Part shown: piece by piece, positions 13,669-26,078 of the stretch
Numbering within the stretch: the stretch's first letter is position 1
Layout: every line of letters starts with the position of its first letter
Assembly (NCBI GenBank): GCA_951406725.2
Contig: OX597826.1
Coordinates: 48,484,001-48,548,000, forward strand
From: Octopus vulgaris
Taxonomy: Eukaryota
Length of the DNA: 64,000 nt
Direction: 5' to 3'
The notes under the pieces: generated by a model
What the model was told of the DNA's origin: nothing
Databases searched by the model: none
The model's input: the letters and a program-made list of their open reading frames with translations, nothing else
Made by a program: the position numbers and the translations under genes

Positions 13669-14798
13669 TTGTTCATTCTAATCTTCCACAAAAAATGTCT
13701 AGCCATGTGGAAATATTACCATGCATGGAAACGGCTGGTTTTGGCAACAGGAAGGGCATTTAACCATAGAAATTTTGCCTCAACAAATTCCGTCTGACCC
13801 ATACAAGCATGAAAATGTGGACGTTAATCGATGGTGTTGAAAGAAAGGAAAAAAAAAACCATAGAAATTCATTTTAGATTAAATAGAAATTAGATTTGAT
13901 TCTGATTCTGGAAATATATATTAAAAAAGTTAAGACACATCTTTGATATGTTTTTCATTCTTTTTTTTTTTTGTTTGTTTGTTTGTTCATATATTTTTCT
14001 TTTCTTTTTGCTTTCGGTAACTCAATATGGAAAGATTTGAAATTACTTTAAGAGGAGGAGAAACTCATAATCGGTCATTGTTAGCCACCAAAATGAATGC
14101 TAATCCACTCAGTTTGATGTTAAAATACAATTTACTAATATATCAGGCAAGAATTGTTATTGGCAATAATTTACAAATAACAATCAAGTATTTGTCTTTG
14201 TTTGCTGCTTTGCATTGTTATTTGGTCAACACTAGATTCTATTATTATTCTTTTTATTTTTATTTTACATTTCTATTTACTTTTTTCTATTTTTATTTTA
14301 TTCATATTTATTTATATATTTGCATGTGAAAACATTTCTATAGCTATAATGTTACTCTGAATGTAAATGCATTCTCCTTCCATAGTTGTTATATCATAGT
14401 TATTATTATTGTTCATATAGACTAGTGTGAGAATTTTTTTTATATATACATATATACATCTCCCTCTCTCTCCTTCTCTCTCTCCCTCTCTCTCCCTCTC
14501 TTGCTCTCTCTCTGTCTCTCAACAAGATGGAACGTATAACACTCTATTCCAATTGTTACCACTACTGAGCAATGTTGTATTAAGTTATTGTTAACTTGGC
14601 CAAAATCAATAGAAAACTTAGAAAACAATCTATAGACTATATGTTCCACTTAATCAATACTCCATTTGAAATTATATCTACAATAACTTTATAAACCAAT
14701 TGTTCTTTCTCTTTTTTTTTTGTATGTGTGTGAGTATGTGTTTACGTGCTTTCTTCTCTTTCTTTTCATTTGTATATATATATGTGTGTGTGCTGGTG

Positions 14799-14830
<32 letters not shown>

Positions 14831-14854
14831 GATATGTATGTACATACAGATGTA

Positions 14855-14912
<58 letters not shown>

Positions 14913-15023
14913 CATATATATATGCATATATATAAACATACATGTATATACATTTATATATATATATATATATATATATACACCCATATATATATGCATA
15001 TATACACACATACAGATATACAT

Positions 15024-15063
<40 letters not shown>

Positions 15064-15218
15064 ATGTTGTTCACAGAGAAATATAGTGTCTGTTTGCTTT
15101 TGTGTTCTGTAAAAAAAAATAGTAAAAAAGGGCTTTTATCCGGTTGAAAATAATGCCAGTTGTATAATCAATACAACAGACAATAGCTCTTTCTTGATTC
15201 TGCTTCAAAAAAAAGAAG

Positions 15219-15288
<70 letters not shown>

Positions 15289-15949
15289 GTACATAAAACG
15301 AAAAGAAAAAAACTGGGCAGTTTTCATTGGTTGTGGTATGCACATGTGGTATTCTCAGCAATAAAACTTAACAAACAGCTAAACAGGAAAAAAAAATAAT
15401 ACATAAAAAATAAACGTATTATTTCCATTAAAAATATATAAAAAAAAATAATGAAAACCAAATCAAAAGAATTGCTTTATAAAGTAGAAGTTCATGTGAA
15501 AAAGAAAAAATAAGAAAAATATAAATAAAGCTAAAACTAAGTCCAAGAAATATTCTCAAATTTGGTAGGAAGAAATTTGTTTTTCCATCAAAGAAAATGT
15601 CTTTTTTCTCTCTTTGCTTTTTTTGTGGGGTTTTGTATATGACAAAATTGTTGCTATTTAAGCCTTGACACTGTATCTATTTTATTTTTATTTATAAATA
15701 AAATTAAATATTTACTGTTTTATTTTAAAATATTTGTCTGTTTTGTAGGTTTGAAGTCATTTTGATGTAAGTTTCTTAATAACAAAACAAAAAAAGGAAA
15801 GAAATTATTAAAAAATTTTTCTAAAGTTTGGTACAAGGCTGAGCTTATGTCAATTAAGTTAACCCCCAGTATTTGAGTGGTATTTATTTTATTAATTCCA
15901 GTGGACTGAAAGGCAAAGTAAATCCCAGTATGTAATTTGAATCCAAAGG

Positions 15950-16450
15950 AGTGCCAATCACTTAAAGTGAAAGGAAGTACCCCCAGTTTAGAAAGAGGGA
16001 GACCTCGGAAGACATAGGGACAAAGTAATGAATGCCGATCTCAAGAAACTGAGCCTCATAACACAGATGACCAAGGACTGACATCCTCAACACAGATGAC
16101 CAAGGACTGACATACTCAACTAGACTCAACTACCACAACAGAATTGAGATCCTAAAACCAAAGTCTCACATTAAAAGCATTGGTGTGGGTGCTGGTGCCA
16201 CATAAAAAGCACTAGTGATGGTGGCATCCAAAAAAGCATCCACTGCATTCTGTGAAGTGGTTGGCTTTAGGAAAGGCATCCATCTATAGAAACCAAGCCA
16301 AAACAGACTTTGGAACCTGGTGTGGTGCCTGGCCTTGCCAGTTCTTGTCAAGCCATCCAACCCCATGCCAGCATGGAAAACAGATGTTAAATGATGAGGA
16401 TGGTGATGATGATGATGAGGAGGAGGAGGATGTTGATGATGATGAGAATG
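15950..16450 (+). mobile_element. RTE-clade LINE 3' end
   Basis: RGRPRKT..DKVMNADLKKLSL relic, 29-bp tandem duplication (~16060-16118), 3' UTR, (GAT)n tail. Confidence 0.75.
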
Positions 16451-16499
16451 ATGAATGTAATGAGTTCAGCATATTGAAATCATTAATAATTCTATCTAA

Positions 16500-17015
16500 T
16501 ATAATCACAATGCCTGAAATTTTAGGATAAGGGGCTAGTTGATAACATCAGCCCCAGTGCTTGACTGATGTTTATTTCATTGAAGCAGTAGGGATAAAAG
16601 GCAAAGGTGACCTGGGCAGAATTTGGACTCAGAATATGAAGCTGGAAGAAATGCCACTAAGCATGTTGCCTGATTCATTAATGATTCTGCAAGCTTTCTA
16701 ACTTTGAGGGTTTCAGATTTTGGCACATGGATAGCAGCTTTAGGGAAGGGGTTAAGTCAATTACTTTGACCCCAATGTTCAACTGGTACTTTGTTTATCA
16801 AGGATGAAACGTAAAGTTGACCTCACTAGCATTTGAACACCTTAATAATAATAATAATATTAATAACAGCAACAACAACAACAACAACAATAATAATAAT
16901 AATAATAGTAGTCAACAGTTTCAAGGGAGGAGTTAAGTTCAAGTCATTAACCCTAGTCTTTGACTGGTATTTCATTTTACCAGACCTTGGATGGAGGAAT
17001 GATAAAGTTAACCCC
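16500..17015 (-). mobile_element. Three diverged SINE family B copies
   Basis: Repeated aaaggcaaag(g/t)tgacc / actggta motifs. Confidence 0.6.
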
Positions 17016-17814
17016 AACAGGTCAGACAGATTTTCTATGACTGGATGCTTTTCCTGCCACCAACTCTTACCTATTTTCGAGTAAAATAATATCTCCTCAT
17101 TGCCAGACATGTTTTGCAAAAAGAAAACTTCAGAAACAAAGAACACTTCTTTACAGCCATCATATGATCTCAAGATAAGAATACACATATATATATGCTT
17201 ACACACATATACATACATATATACACATATATATATATACGTATACATTAACTGATAGCGATCTGAGCCGTGTTCGCTCAATAAAAATAAATGATTGTTT
17301 AGAACGATAACCAACAAAAGATACAGTCTGCAAAACAACGCCAACTAACATAGACTTTTGAAAATAAACAAATGTGAAACCAGTTATATGTATGTGCAGG
17401 TAGTGCATGCATGTGTATGTGTGCATCTGTGTGGTATATATACAATGAAATTTTAATGAATTTTCGTATATTCTCTGTGTATTTTCAACTTCATTTGTTC
17501 TTCTGTATTACTACTTGTTTGGATTTATAATGATTTACATATATATATACACAAACATATATACATATATATATGTGTGTGTGTGTAAATGTAAAACAGT
17601 TATTATGAGTGTCCAATGCTGCATTGGTGGATGAAATTTCTTGATTTGTGTATTGAGGCTACCATTGGTTTCATGTTAAGAAAATATCTTGATATCTTAA
17701 CAATTTTTCAAGGCCGATCCCATGGAGGAATGGTGTTTGTCTCCATTTTGGATAAAAACACCAAACATACATACATGCATACATATATATATATATATAT
17801 ATACACATACACTT

Positions 17815-17892
<78 letters not shown>

Positions 17893-17971
17893 CTTTATAT
17901 ATATTGTTTATAAAAAACATAAATCCAAAAGGAGAAGCATTCTCTAAGATGTAGCACAGTATATATAAAAA

Positions 17972-18178
17972 ATGGGGAAGGCCAGCTTATAGGATTACCT
18001 CAGGTTTCCCATCCATAAAGGGTTTAGCTTTATGGCATATTATCAGATCATAAAAATCTGTTGGCACAAGAGGCCTTAAAAATATTTTAAAGCAGTTTTG
18101 GGATCTGATGATATGCCATAAAGCTATTCTTTATGGACAGGAAACCTAAGGTAATCCCATAAAACCGGCCTTCCCCAT
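17972..18178. mobile_element. Fold-back element of two inverted hammerhead-bearing PLE-type repeats
   Basis: atggggaaggcc...ggccttccccat arms (~85 bp each), (TA)n on both sides. Confidence 0.8.
18095..18166 (+). ncRNA. Type I hammerhead ribozyme, intact core
   Basis: gggat-CTGATGA-tatgccataaag(ctatt)ctttatggacag-GAAA-cct(a)agg-TA-atccc. Confidence 0.8.
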
Positions 18179-18196
18179 GTTATATATATATATATA

Positions 18197-18560
18197 TCAT
18201 CATCATCATCATCATTGTTTAACGTCCGCTTTCCATGCTAGCATGGTTTGGATGGTTCAACTGGGGTCTGGGAAGCCAGAAGGCTGCACCAGGCCCAGTC
18301 TGATCTGGTAGTGTTTCTACAACTGGATGGCCTTCCTAACGCCATAACCCTTCCTATGTATGTATGTATGTGCGTATGTATGTATGCATGTAAGTATGTA
18401 TGTATTATGGATTTCTTTCAGTTTCTGCCAATCAAATTCACTCACGAGTCTTTGGCTAGCCAGGACTCTTGTAGAAGACACATGCAAAAATGTGCTGCAG
18501 AGTATGGTTGAACCCTAAACCACATAACTGAAGAAGCAAGCATCCTAACCATGCTGCCAT
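18197..18560 (-). mobile_element. RTE-type 3' tail plus diverged SINE A 5' half
   Basis: (cat)n-gtttaacgtccgctttccatgctagcatgg tail; SINE head at 18405-18560. Confidence 0.7.
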
Positions 18561-18654
18561 ATCTGAACCTAGCTTTGCCTGCACCTTGTGCATTATCAGG
18601 AAATATTGCAGCTGCTGCAGAGTTCTACTAAAAGAAATAAAACCAGCTAAGTAC

Positions 18655-18875
18655 ACCGCTCCCATAGTTTACTGCTTCCTATAGTACATTGTTTCCATAC
18701 TACAATAGTTAAATAGAATGATGCTTACATAGTATAATGCTCCTATAGTACAATGCTCTCACAGTTTAATGCTTGCATAATGTAATAATAGTTCTCTATT
18801 GCGGTGTTTGTACAATGCAACGCTAACAAAGTGCAATGCTGGCATAATATAATGTTTACTTACTATACAATGATG
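18655..18875. repeat. Degenerate ~16-bp minisatellite (catagtacaatgctcc)
   Basis: Recurring atagtacaatgct variants. Confidence 0.55.
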
Positions 18876-19115
18876 CGTCTCAAATAATTCCTGGGTTTGC
18901 AAGTTATTTTCAAGGAAGGGAATCGAGACATATTTATTTATAAGGATCAATAGCAGCGTGGATTCAAATAAGATGATAGGAGTGATAACCAATGAAGGAT
19001 CAGATCTCAATGCAACGGAAATCAAGTCAACTCTAAAGACAAGAGCAGCTCTATTATCAGTATTGTTGTTGCTGTTGTTGGTGTAGTTAGTGTTGTTGTT
19101 GTTGTTGTTGTTGTT

Positions 19116-19202
<87 letters not shown>

Positions 19203-19240
19203 GTTATCATCATCATCATCATCATCATCATTATTATTAA

Positions 19241-19451
19241 GGTGGTAAGTTGGCAGAATCATATAACCCTGGGCATAAAGCTTAACCGTATTTCGTCCGC
19301 CTTTACGTTCTGAGTTCAAATTCCACAAACGTCGACTTCGTCTTTCATCCTTTTGTTCTCAATAAATTAAGTACCAGTGAAACACTGGGGTTGATGTAAT
19401 TGGCTAGCCCCTTCCCCCAAATTTCAGGCCTTGTGCCAAAATTTGAAACCA
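19241..19451 (+). mobile_element. SINE family B
   Basis: Head and core match; lies between (TTA)n and (TTG)n/(TTC)n tracts. Confidence 0.85.
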
Positions 19452-19521
19452 TTATTGTTGTTGTTGTTGTTGTTGTTGTTCTTGTTCTTGTTCTTTTTCT
19501 TCTTCTTCTTCTTCTTCTACT

Positions 19522-19568
<47 letters not shown>

Positions 19569-19796
19569 TTCTTCTTCTAATGAGTGAAACAAGTAAAAAG
19601 ATTGAAAAAAATAAAAGTTATGCATACACGCAAATGAAAAAATATACACATATGTACATACAATGCATACATGTACATGTGCATTCATACACACATACTC
19701 ACACATATATATGCAAGCATGCATACATACATAAATACATAGACATGCATACACACCACACATGCGTATAAAGGTACATAGATCCATGCATATGTA

Positions 19797-20210
19797 TATG
19801 ACGATTGCTTCACTTTGACAAACGATAGCCGTCTCAATCAATATACATCACAACGATAATCTCCATTATATCTGTGTGCTCTGAGATGACTCTTAAGACT
19901 AGCAGTTGACCTGTGAAGCCTCAAACACATATGACATATAAGATTAAGTCTGCACACCTCGCCACACTTCTGTCTCCACAGGACTCTTAAAAGAGATGCA
20001 AGATGAACCAGATGAAATGACACATCTGCGTGTCATTGGATTAAGACAACATATGCTCGAACAGCACAGCACATACCCCACTTTCTAGGTATCAGTTACT
20101 GGAATTTAATGACAAACATTGCAAGATAACTGGCAACTACGTCGAGTGTAGGTTTGATTTCAGAGTGACATCTCTTAGACTTCTCTCACAAGAGGGTGCC
20201 TATAATTCTG
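19797..20210 (-). mobile_element. RTE/BovB-type LINE 3' fragment
   Basis: C-terminal C2H2-like CHMCLRLHRSTASLKSHLRAH. Confidence 0.6.
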
Positions 20211-20357
20211 CAGGAAAAATATACTATGCGCAGGAAATATTATATGAGTATTCTACCAACATATGTATGTATGTATGTATGTATGGATGGATGATGCATG
20301 CATGCATGTATGTAGGCATGTATGTATACATGTAAGTATATCTATCTATTTATATGT

Positions 20358-20585
20358 ACTCTTTTACTCTTTTACTCTTTTACGCTTTTACCTGTTTCAG
20401 TCATTTGACTGTGGCCATGCAGGAGCACCACCTTTAGTCGAGCAAATCAACTGCAGGACTTATTCTTTGTAAGCCTAGTACTTATTCTACCGGTCTCTTT
20501 TGCCGAACCGCTAAGTTACGGGGACGTAAGCGCACCACAATCGGTTGTCAAGCAATGTCGGAGGGACAAACAGACACACAAACAT

Positions 20586-20664
<79 letters not shown>

Positions 20665-20762
20665 CATATATACAACAGACTTCTTTCAGTTTCCGTCTAC
20701 CAAATCCACTCACAAGGCTTTGGTCAGCCCAAGGCTATAGTAGAAGACTCAAGGTGCCACGC
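20358..20762 (-). mobile_element. SINE family A, 5'-truncated
   Basis: Tail, internal microsatellite and partial head. Confidence 0.85.
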
Positions 20763-20897
20763 ATGTATAAATATGCGTATATGTGTATGGGTGTGTGTGT
20801 GTGTGTGTGCATGTATGTTTCCACCTACCTGCCTCCATATCTACAAACATGCATGCTTGCATACATGTATACATGCATGCATACATACATACCTAAT

Positions 20898-21200
20898 AAC
20901 ATTGATCATGAAAGCAGTCTATCATGGACCAATAGCCAGATTACTACCTCCCACTTTGAAGGGTATGCATTTTCAATTCAAGAATGGGAAATATCAACCA
21001 AATACGTGATGCTCAAAAGGGAGATGCAGGAAAAGCATCTCTGTGGAGTTAACACCAAAGGTATCATCCACATCATAAGCAGTTGTCCAAAACTGTCATC
21101 AGGATATTATCTACCGATGTGACATGTTGTTGTAGCTAGGACACTCTATAATGAAAGAAATAAGAACCCACAGTATGGTAGAAGCCACAGCCACTCATAA
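20898..21200 (+). mobile_element. R4/Dong-clade LINE fragment (CCHC knuckle region)
   Basis: SLSWT..FEGYAFSIQ..EISTKY..LCG..IIHIISSCPKLSSGYYLPM matches the post-RT region of RLE LINEs. Confidence 0.7.
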
Positions 21201-21227
21201 TAAAAAGGAGTACTGGTGGAATGTCCC

Positions 21228-21360
21228 AGTGAAGGACTCACCTCTGTGAGGCCCACTCAAAAGGAATTCAGCTACCTCGCCTCTATGAGGCCCGCTTGGA
21301 AGGCACTCAGCCACCTTTCCTCCATGAGGCCCACTCGAAAGGAACCCAGCCACCTTGCCA
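21228..21360. repeat. ~39-bp minisatellite, ~3.3 units
   Basis: cctct(a/g)tgaggccc(a/g)ct..aagg(a/c)a..cagc(c/t)acct repeated. Confidence 0.75.
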
Positions 21361-21884
21361 AGTCAAGTCTTGATATTGTGAAATATATAAAACAGTCATG
21401 ACTGGACACATACTCAATGTTTAGAATGACACAAGTCTGAAATTTTACCTGCTGAGTCACTGGTGATTTCAGAACATGAATATTAATTAAACGCTAAATG
21501 AACATAAGAACTCTTTAATTGCCTTCTCAAAAGGAGAAGAAACTAAACTGATTGTTCACTAACAAATATTTAAAAGGTATTTGAATTCATTGCTTTGTAT
21601 CAATTGCTGTTTGCAAAGTGTTTCAACACACAATGAAACAATCTCCATATTTTTCTCAGAATAATCCAATCATAAAGCCATGTACAAACAGAGACCAATT
21701 ATGGAACACAAATCAAACAGCAATGTTGCTACTAGCAACTGATGGTTTTTAACAAACCAAATACCCAACCAAAGTTGAATTGATCTGTATGTTCCCCTTC
21801 TGTTGAAAGCAGAAAGAACAGACTGATTGATTTTGCTTTGGGCATTTTGCCAGCATGGATAACAAATGTAAAATGGATATCATC

Positions 21885-21897
21885 ATCATTATGATTA

Positions 21898-21928
<31 letters not shown>

Positions 21929-21933
21929 TATTA

Positions 21934-21967
<34 letters not shown>

Positions 21968-22228
21968 CATCATTATCATTATTATTATTATTATTATCAT
22001 TATTATTATTATTATTCAATAGTTTTATTTTTATAACGTGCTTTCTCTTCACTACCGAGCGCATCTCTGTGTGCCTTGGGTATGTGCTGTGGTTTGCTGC
22101 GATGCTCTTATGGTTACTATATTGAAAGTGTTTTACATAGGATGTGCGCAGTGCCTAGGAGCGCAATTTTCTGTATGTTAGATATATTTGTAAGTCCTGG
22201 TGTTTTTGTTATGTATTTGTCTGAATAT
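21885..22228 (-). mobile_element. R4/Dong-clade LINE 3' end with (TAA)n tail
   Basis: YITKTPGLTNISNIQKIALLGTAHILCKTLSI* then short UTR and (TAA)n. Confidence 0.8.
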
Positions 22229-22270
22229 TTTATTATTATTATTATCATTATCATCATCGTCATCATCATC

Positions 22271-22740
22271 AAAGCAGTGAGCTGGCAGAATCATTAGCAT
22301 GCCAGGCAAAACTCTCAGTGACATTTTGTCTGTCATTACATTCAGAGTTCAAATTCTGCCAAGGTCAGCTTTGCCTTACAAAATTTCAGAATCGATAAAA
22401 TAAGTACCAGTGAAACACTAGGGTCAATGTAATCAAAAAATCCCCTCCCCCAAAATTTCGGGCCTTGTGCATATAGTGGAAAGGATTATTATTATTATTA
22501 TTAGAGCAGTGAGTTGACAGAATCATTAGCATGTTGAACAAAATGGTTAGCACCATTTCGTCTGCCTTATGTACTGAGTTCAAATTCACCTATGGTCAAG
22601 TTTACTTTTCATCTTTTCGGGGTCGATAAATTAAGTACCAGTTGCATACTGGGGTTGATCTAATCGACTGGCCCCCTCCTCCAAAATTCCAGGTCTTGTG
22701 CCCATAATAGAAAGGATCATCATCATCGTTGTTATTATTA

Positions 22741-22798
<58 letters not shown>

Positions 22799-23040
22799 CA
22801 TTACCATTATTATTATCATCATCATTATTAGAGCAGTGAGCTGGTAGAATCAATAGCATGCTGGGTGAAATGTTTACTGGCATTTCATCAGTCTTCAAGT
22901 TCTGAGTTCAAATTCCACCGAAGTCAGCTTTGCCTTTCATCCTTTTAGGGTCAATTTCAGTCAAAAACTGAGGAGGTCAATGCAATCGACTTAACTCCCC
23001 ACCCAAAATTACTGGTCTTGTGCCAAATTTTGAAACCATT
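22271..23040 (+). mobile_element. Three head-to-tail SINE family B copies
   Basis: Copies at 22271-22485, 22503-22717 and 22830-23040 separated by (TTA)n/(CAT)n. Confidence 0.85.
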
Positions 23041-23065
23041 ATTATTATTGTTGTTGTTGTTGTTA

Positions 23066-23477
23066 TACTCTTTTACTCTTTTACTTGTTTCAGTCATCTG
23101 ACTGTGGCCATGCTGGAGCACCGCCTTTAATCAAGCAACTCGACCCCGGGACTTATTCTTTGTAAGCCCAGTACTTATTCTATCGGTCTCTTTTTGCTGA
23201 ACCGCTAAGTGACAGGGATATAAACACACCAGCATCAGTTGTCAAGCAATGCTAGGGGGACAAATACAGACACACAAACACACATACATACACATATATA
23301 TATACATATATACGATGGGCTTCTTTCAGTTTCTGTCTACCAAATTCACTCACAAGGCTTTGGTCGGCCCAAGGCTATAGTAGAAGACACTTGCCCAAGG
23401 TGCCACGCAGTGGGACTGAACCCAGAACCATGTGGTTGGTAAAGAAGCTACTTACCACACAGCCACTCCTGCGCCCA
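23066..23477 (-). mobile_element. SINE family A, full length
   Basis: Close match to 2931-3340. Confidence 0.9.
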
Positions 23478-23547
23478 TATCATTGTCATTATATCATTAT
23501 CATTATTATTATTTTTATTATTATTATTTTTATTATTATTATTATTA

Positions 23548-23587
<40 letters not shown>

Positions 23588-23631
23588 CATCATTAATATT
23601 TTTATTATTATTTTTATTATCATCATTAATA

Positions 23632-23678
<47 letters not shown>

Positions 23679-23679
23679 A

Positions 23680-23718
<39 letters not shown>

Positions 23719-23934
23719 GTTATTATTATTGTTATTATTATTATTATTATCCTTCTTTACTTTCTGAGTACAAATTCCACCGAGATTGACTTTACCTTTC
23801 ATTCTTTCAAGGTCGATAAATTAAGTACTGGTTGTGTACTGGGGTTGATGTAATTGACTATACTCTCCCTGAAATTTCAGGCCTTGTGCCTATAGTAGAA
23901 AGGATTTTCATTGTTATTATTATTATTATTATTA

Positions 23935-23966
<32 letters not shown>

Positions 23967-23970
23967 TTGT

Positions 23971-24490
23971 GAAGGTGCATGGTTCACTAGTTAGAATGTC
24001 AGACTCACTATCATGAGGTAGTAACAAGACATTTTACTTCATGTTGTTCCACTTCACTTAGCTGTAGAAATGGGTTGTGACAAGCTATATCAGCCTTTGC
24101 CTTTCCCTAGGATAACACCGGTGGTGTAGAAAGGGGACACTGGTACATATGGGTTACATGCATGAGAGGGCGAGCGGTGAGCACAGCCGGCCGACAGGTG
24201 GTAACGACCGCCGCATCACATTCATGTGCGCTGACCAGCACACGCACTCGTGTTCGATAGTGCTGATGACGACAACCTTATTATAGCCATCGACCGCTGC
24301 CTTATCTGCATGCATAAAACACACTTGCAGTTGATATCACTGCCAAGACGATGACTTTTCGATCGCAATGCCGGTCACCAGCAGCCAGCTCTTTGCTTCC
24401 TCTGAACAACCTTGCCTGGACCTATGCCTCAGAGGGGAACTTTCTAGATGCAACCCCATGGTAATTCCTGACCGAAAGGGTCTTTACCTT
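23971..24490 (+). mobile_element. SINE family C interrupted by a GC-rich insert
   Basis: Collinear with 25741-26078 except for extra sequence at 24162-24395. Confidence 0.75.
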
Positions 24491-24506
24491 TTACTCTATT
24501 ATTATT

Positions 24507-24728
24507 AGCTGGCAGAAGCGTTAGCACGCCGGGCAAAATGCATAGCCGTATTTCATCTGGCATTACGTTCTGAGTTCAAATTCTGCCGAGGTCGACTTTA
24601 CCTATCATCCTTTCGGGGTCGATAAATTAAGTATCAGTTACACACTGGGGTCGATGTAATCGACTTAATCCATTTGTCTGTCCTTGTTTATCCCTTCTGT
24701 GTTTAGCCCCTTGTGGGTAGTAAAGAAA
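24507..24728 (+). mobile_element. SINE family B
   Basis: Matches the reverse complement of 9815-10045. Confidence 0.88.
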
Positions 24729-24783
24729 TTATTATTATTATTATTATTATTATCATTATTATTATTATTATTACTATTATTAC

Positions 24784-24838
<55 letters not shown>

Positions 24839-24945
24839 CATCATTATTATTATCATTACTATTATTACTATTATTATTATTATTATTATTGTTATTATTA
24901 TTTTTATTATTATTATTGTTGTTATTATTATTATCATTATTATTA

Positions 24946-25006
<61 letters not shown>

Positions 25007-25038
25007 TATTATTATTATCATTATTATTATTATTATCA

Positions 25039-25069
<31 letters not shown>

Positions 25070-25190
25070 CATTATCATTGTTTGTCTTTGTCTCTCGGTT
25101 TTAGGTGTTGTGGCAGTTCATTCTGCTGGATAGCAAGCCACATCCAGTGACCTTCGTCATCCAGCACCTTTCTTAATTAGTAGGTAATTC
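24729..25190 (-). mobile_element. Probable R4-type LINE 3' tip with ~350-bp (TAA)n tail
   Basis: aagaaaggtgctggatg (RKVL-like end), short UTR, then long (TAA)n. Confidence 0.45.
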
Positions 25191-25257
25191 TGTTGACTCA
25201 ACAGATAGAAGACATATTCAGAGACGAGCTAGCAAGGGAATTGAATCGTTGAATTTA

Positions 25258-25376
25258 TCACTTAATATGTTAATTATTTTGATGAAATAACTCTTCCGTG
25301 CTTTCTTTAATCAACAATACTCTGCCTAATCTGTCATGTAGTTCAACACCTTCTTCACTTCATCCTTGGCTGGCTT

Positions 25377-25432
<56 letters not shown>

Positions 25433-25514
25433 GGTGGCCTACCTCACTATAATATTAACTGCTTGACATCTTAGAGTGTGTTTTTTCTCTGGATTTATGT
25501 ATTTCTACAAACAA

Positions 25515-25550
<36 letters not shown>

Positions 25551-25670
25551 TATATTTAAAGCCACCCAGATATGAAGTGATGCTGTTCAACTGAGTGTCA
25601 GATTAGACTTACTATTGTTGATTAAAGAAAATACCTAAGAGCCTTATCATCAAAATAATTAATATATTCA
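25258..25670. repeat. Diverged inverted pair of ~120-bp repeats facing (TA)n tracts
   Basis: 25258-25380 is the reverse complement of ~25553-25670 (ttaattattttgatga, ttctttaatcaacaata, ggctttaaat). Confidence 0.75.
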
Positions 25671-25740
25671 TACACTAATATACTTTGGAGTATATATGCA
25701 AATGTGTTTCAAGAGGACATAGCTTGGATTATAACACCAT

Positions 25741-26078
25741 GAAGGCATATGGGTGAGTGGTTAGGGCATCAAGCATGCAACCATGAGATAGTGAGTTCGA
25801 TTCCTGGATCAGGCTATGTGTTGTGTTCTTGAGCAAGACACTTTATTTCATGTTGCTCCAGTTCACTCAGCTGTAGAAATATGTTGCAATGTTACTGGTG
25901 CTAAGCTAAACAGGCCTTTGCCTTTCCTTTGGATAACCTTGGCAGTATGGAGAGGGGGAGGCTGGTATGCATGGGCGACTACTGGTCTGCCATAAAAAAC
26001 CTTGCCCAGACTTGTGCCTTGAAGGGTAACTCTCTAGGTGTAATCTCATTGTCATTCATGACCGAAAGGGGGTCTTTA
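25741..26078 (+). mobile_element. SINE family C, full length
   Basis: A-box tgggtgagtgg, B-box gagttcgattcc, central ttgtgttcttgagcaagacac domain. Confidence 0.85.

Noticed and set aside
24013-24024. tgaggtagta let-7-like seed
   Set aside because: Inside a SINE C head; rest of let-7 and the hairpin are absent.
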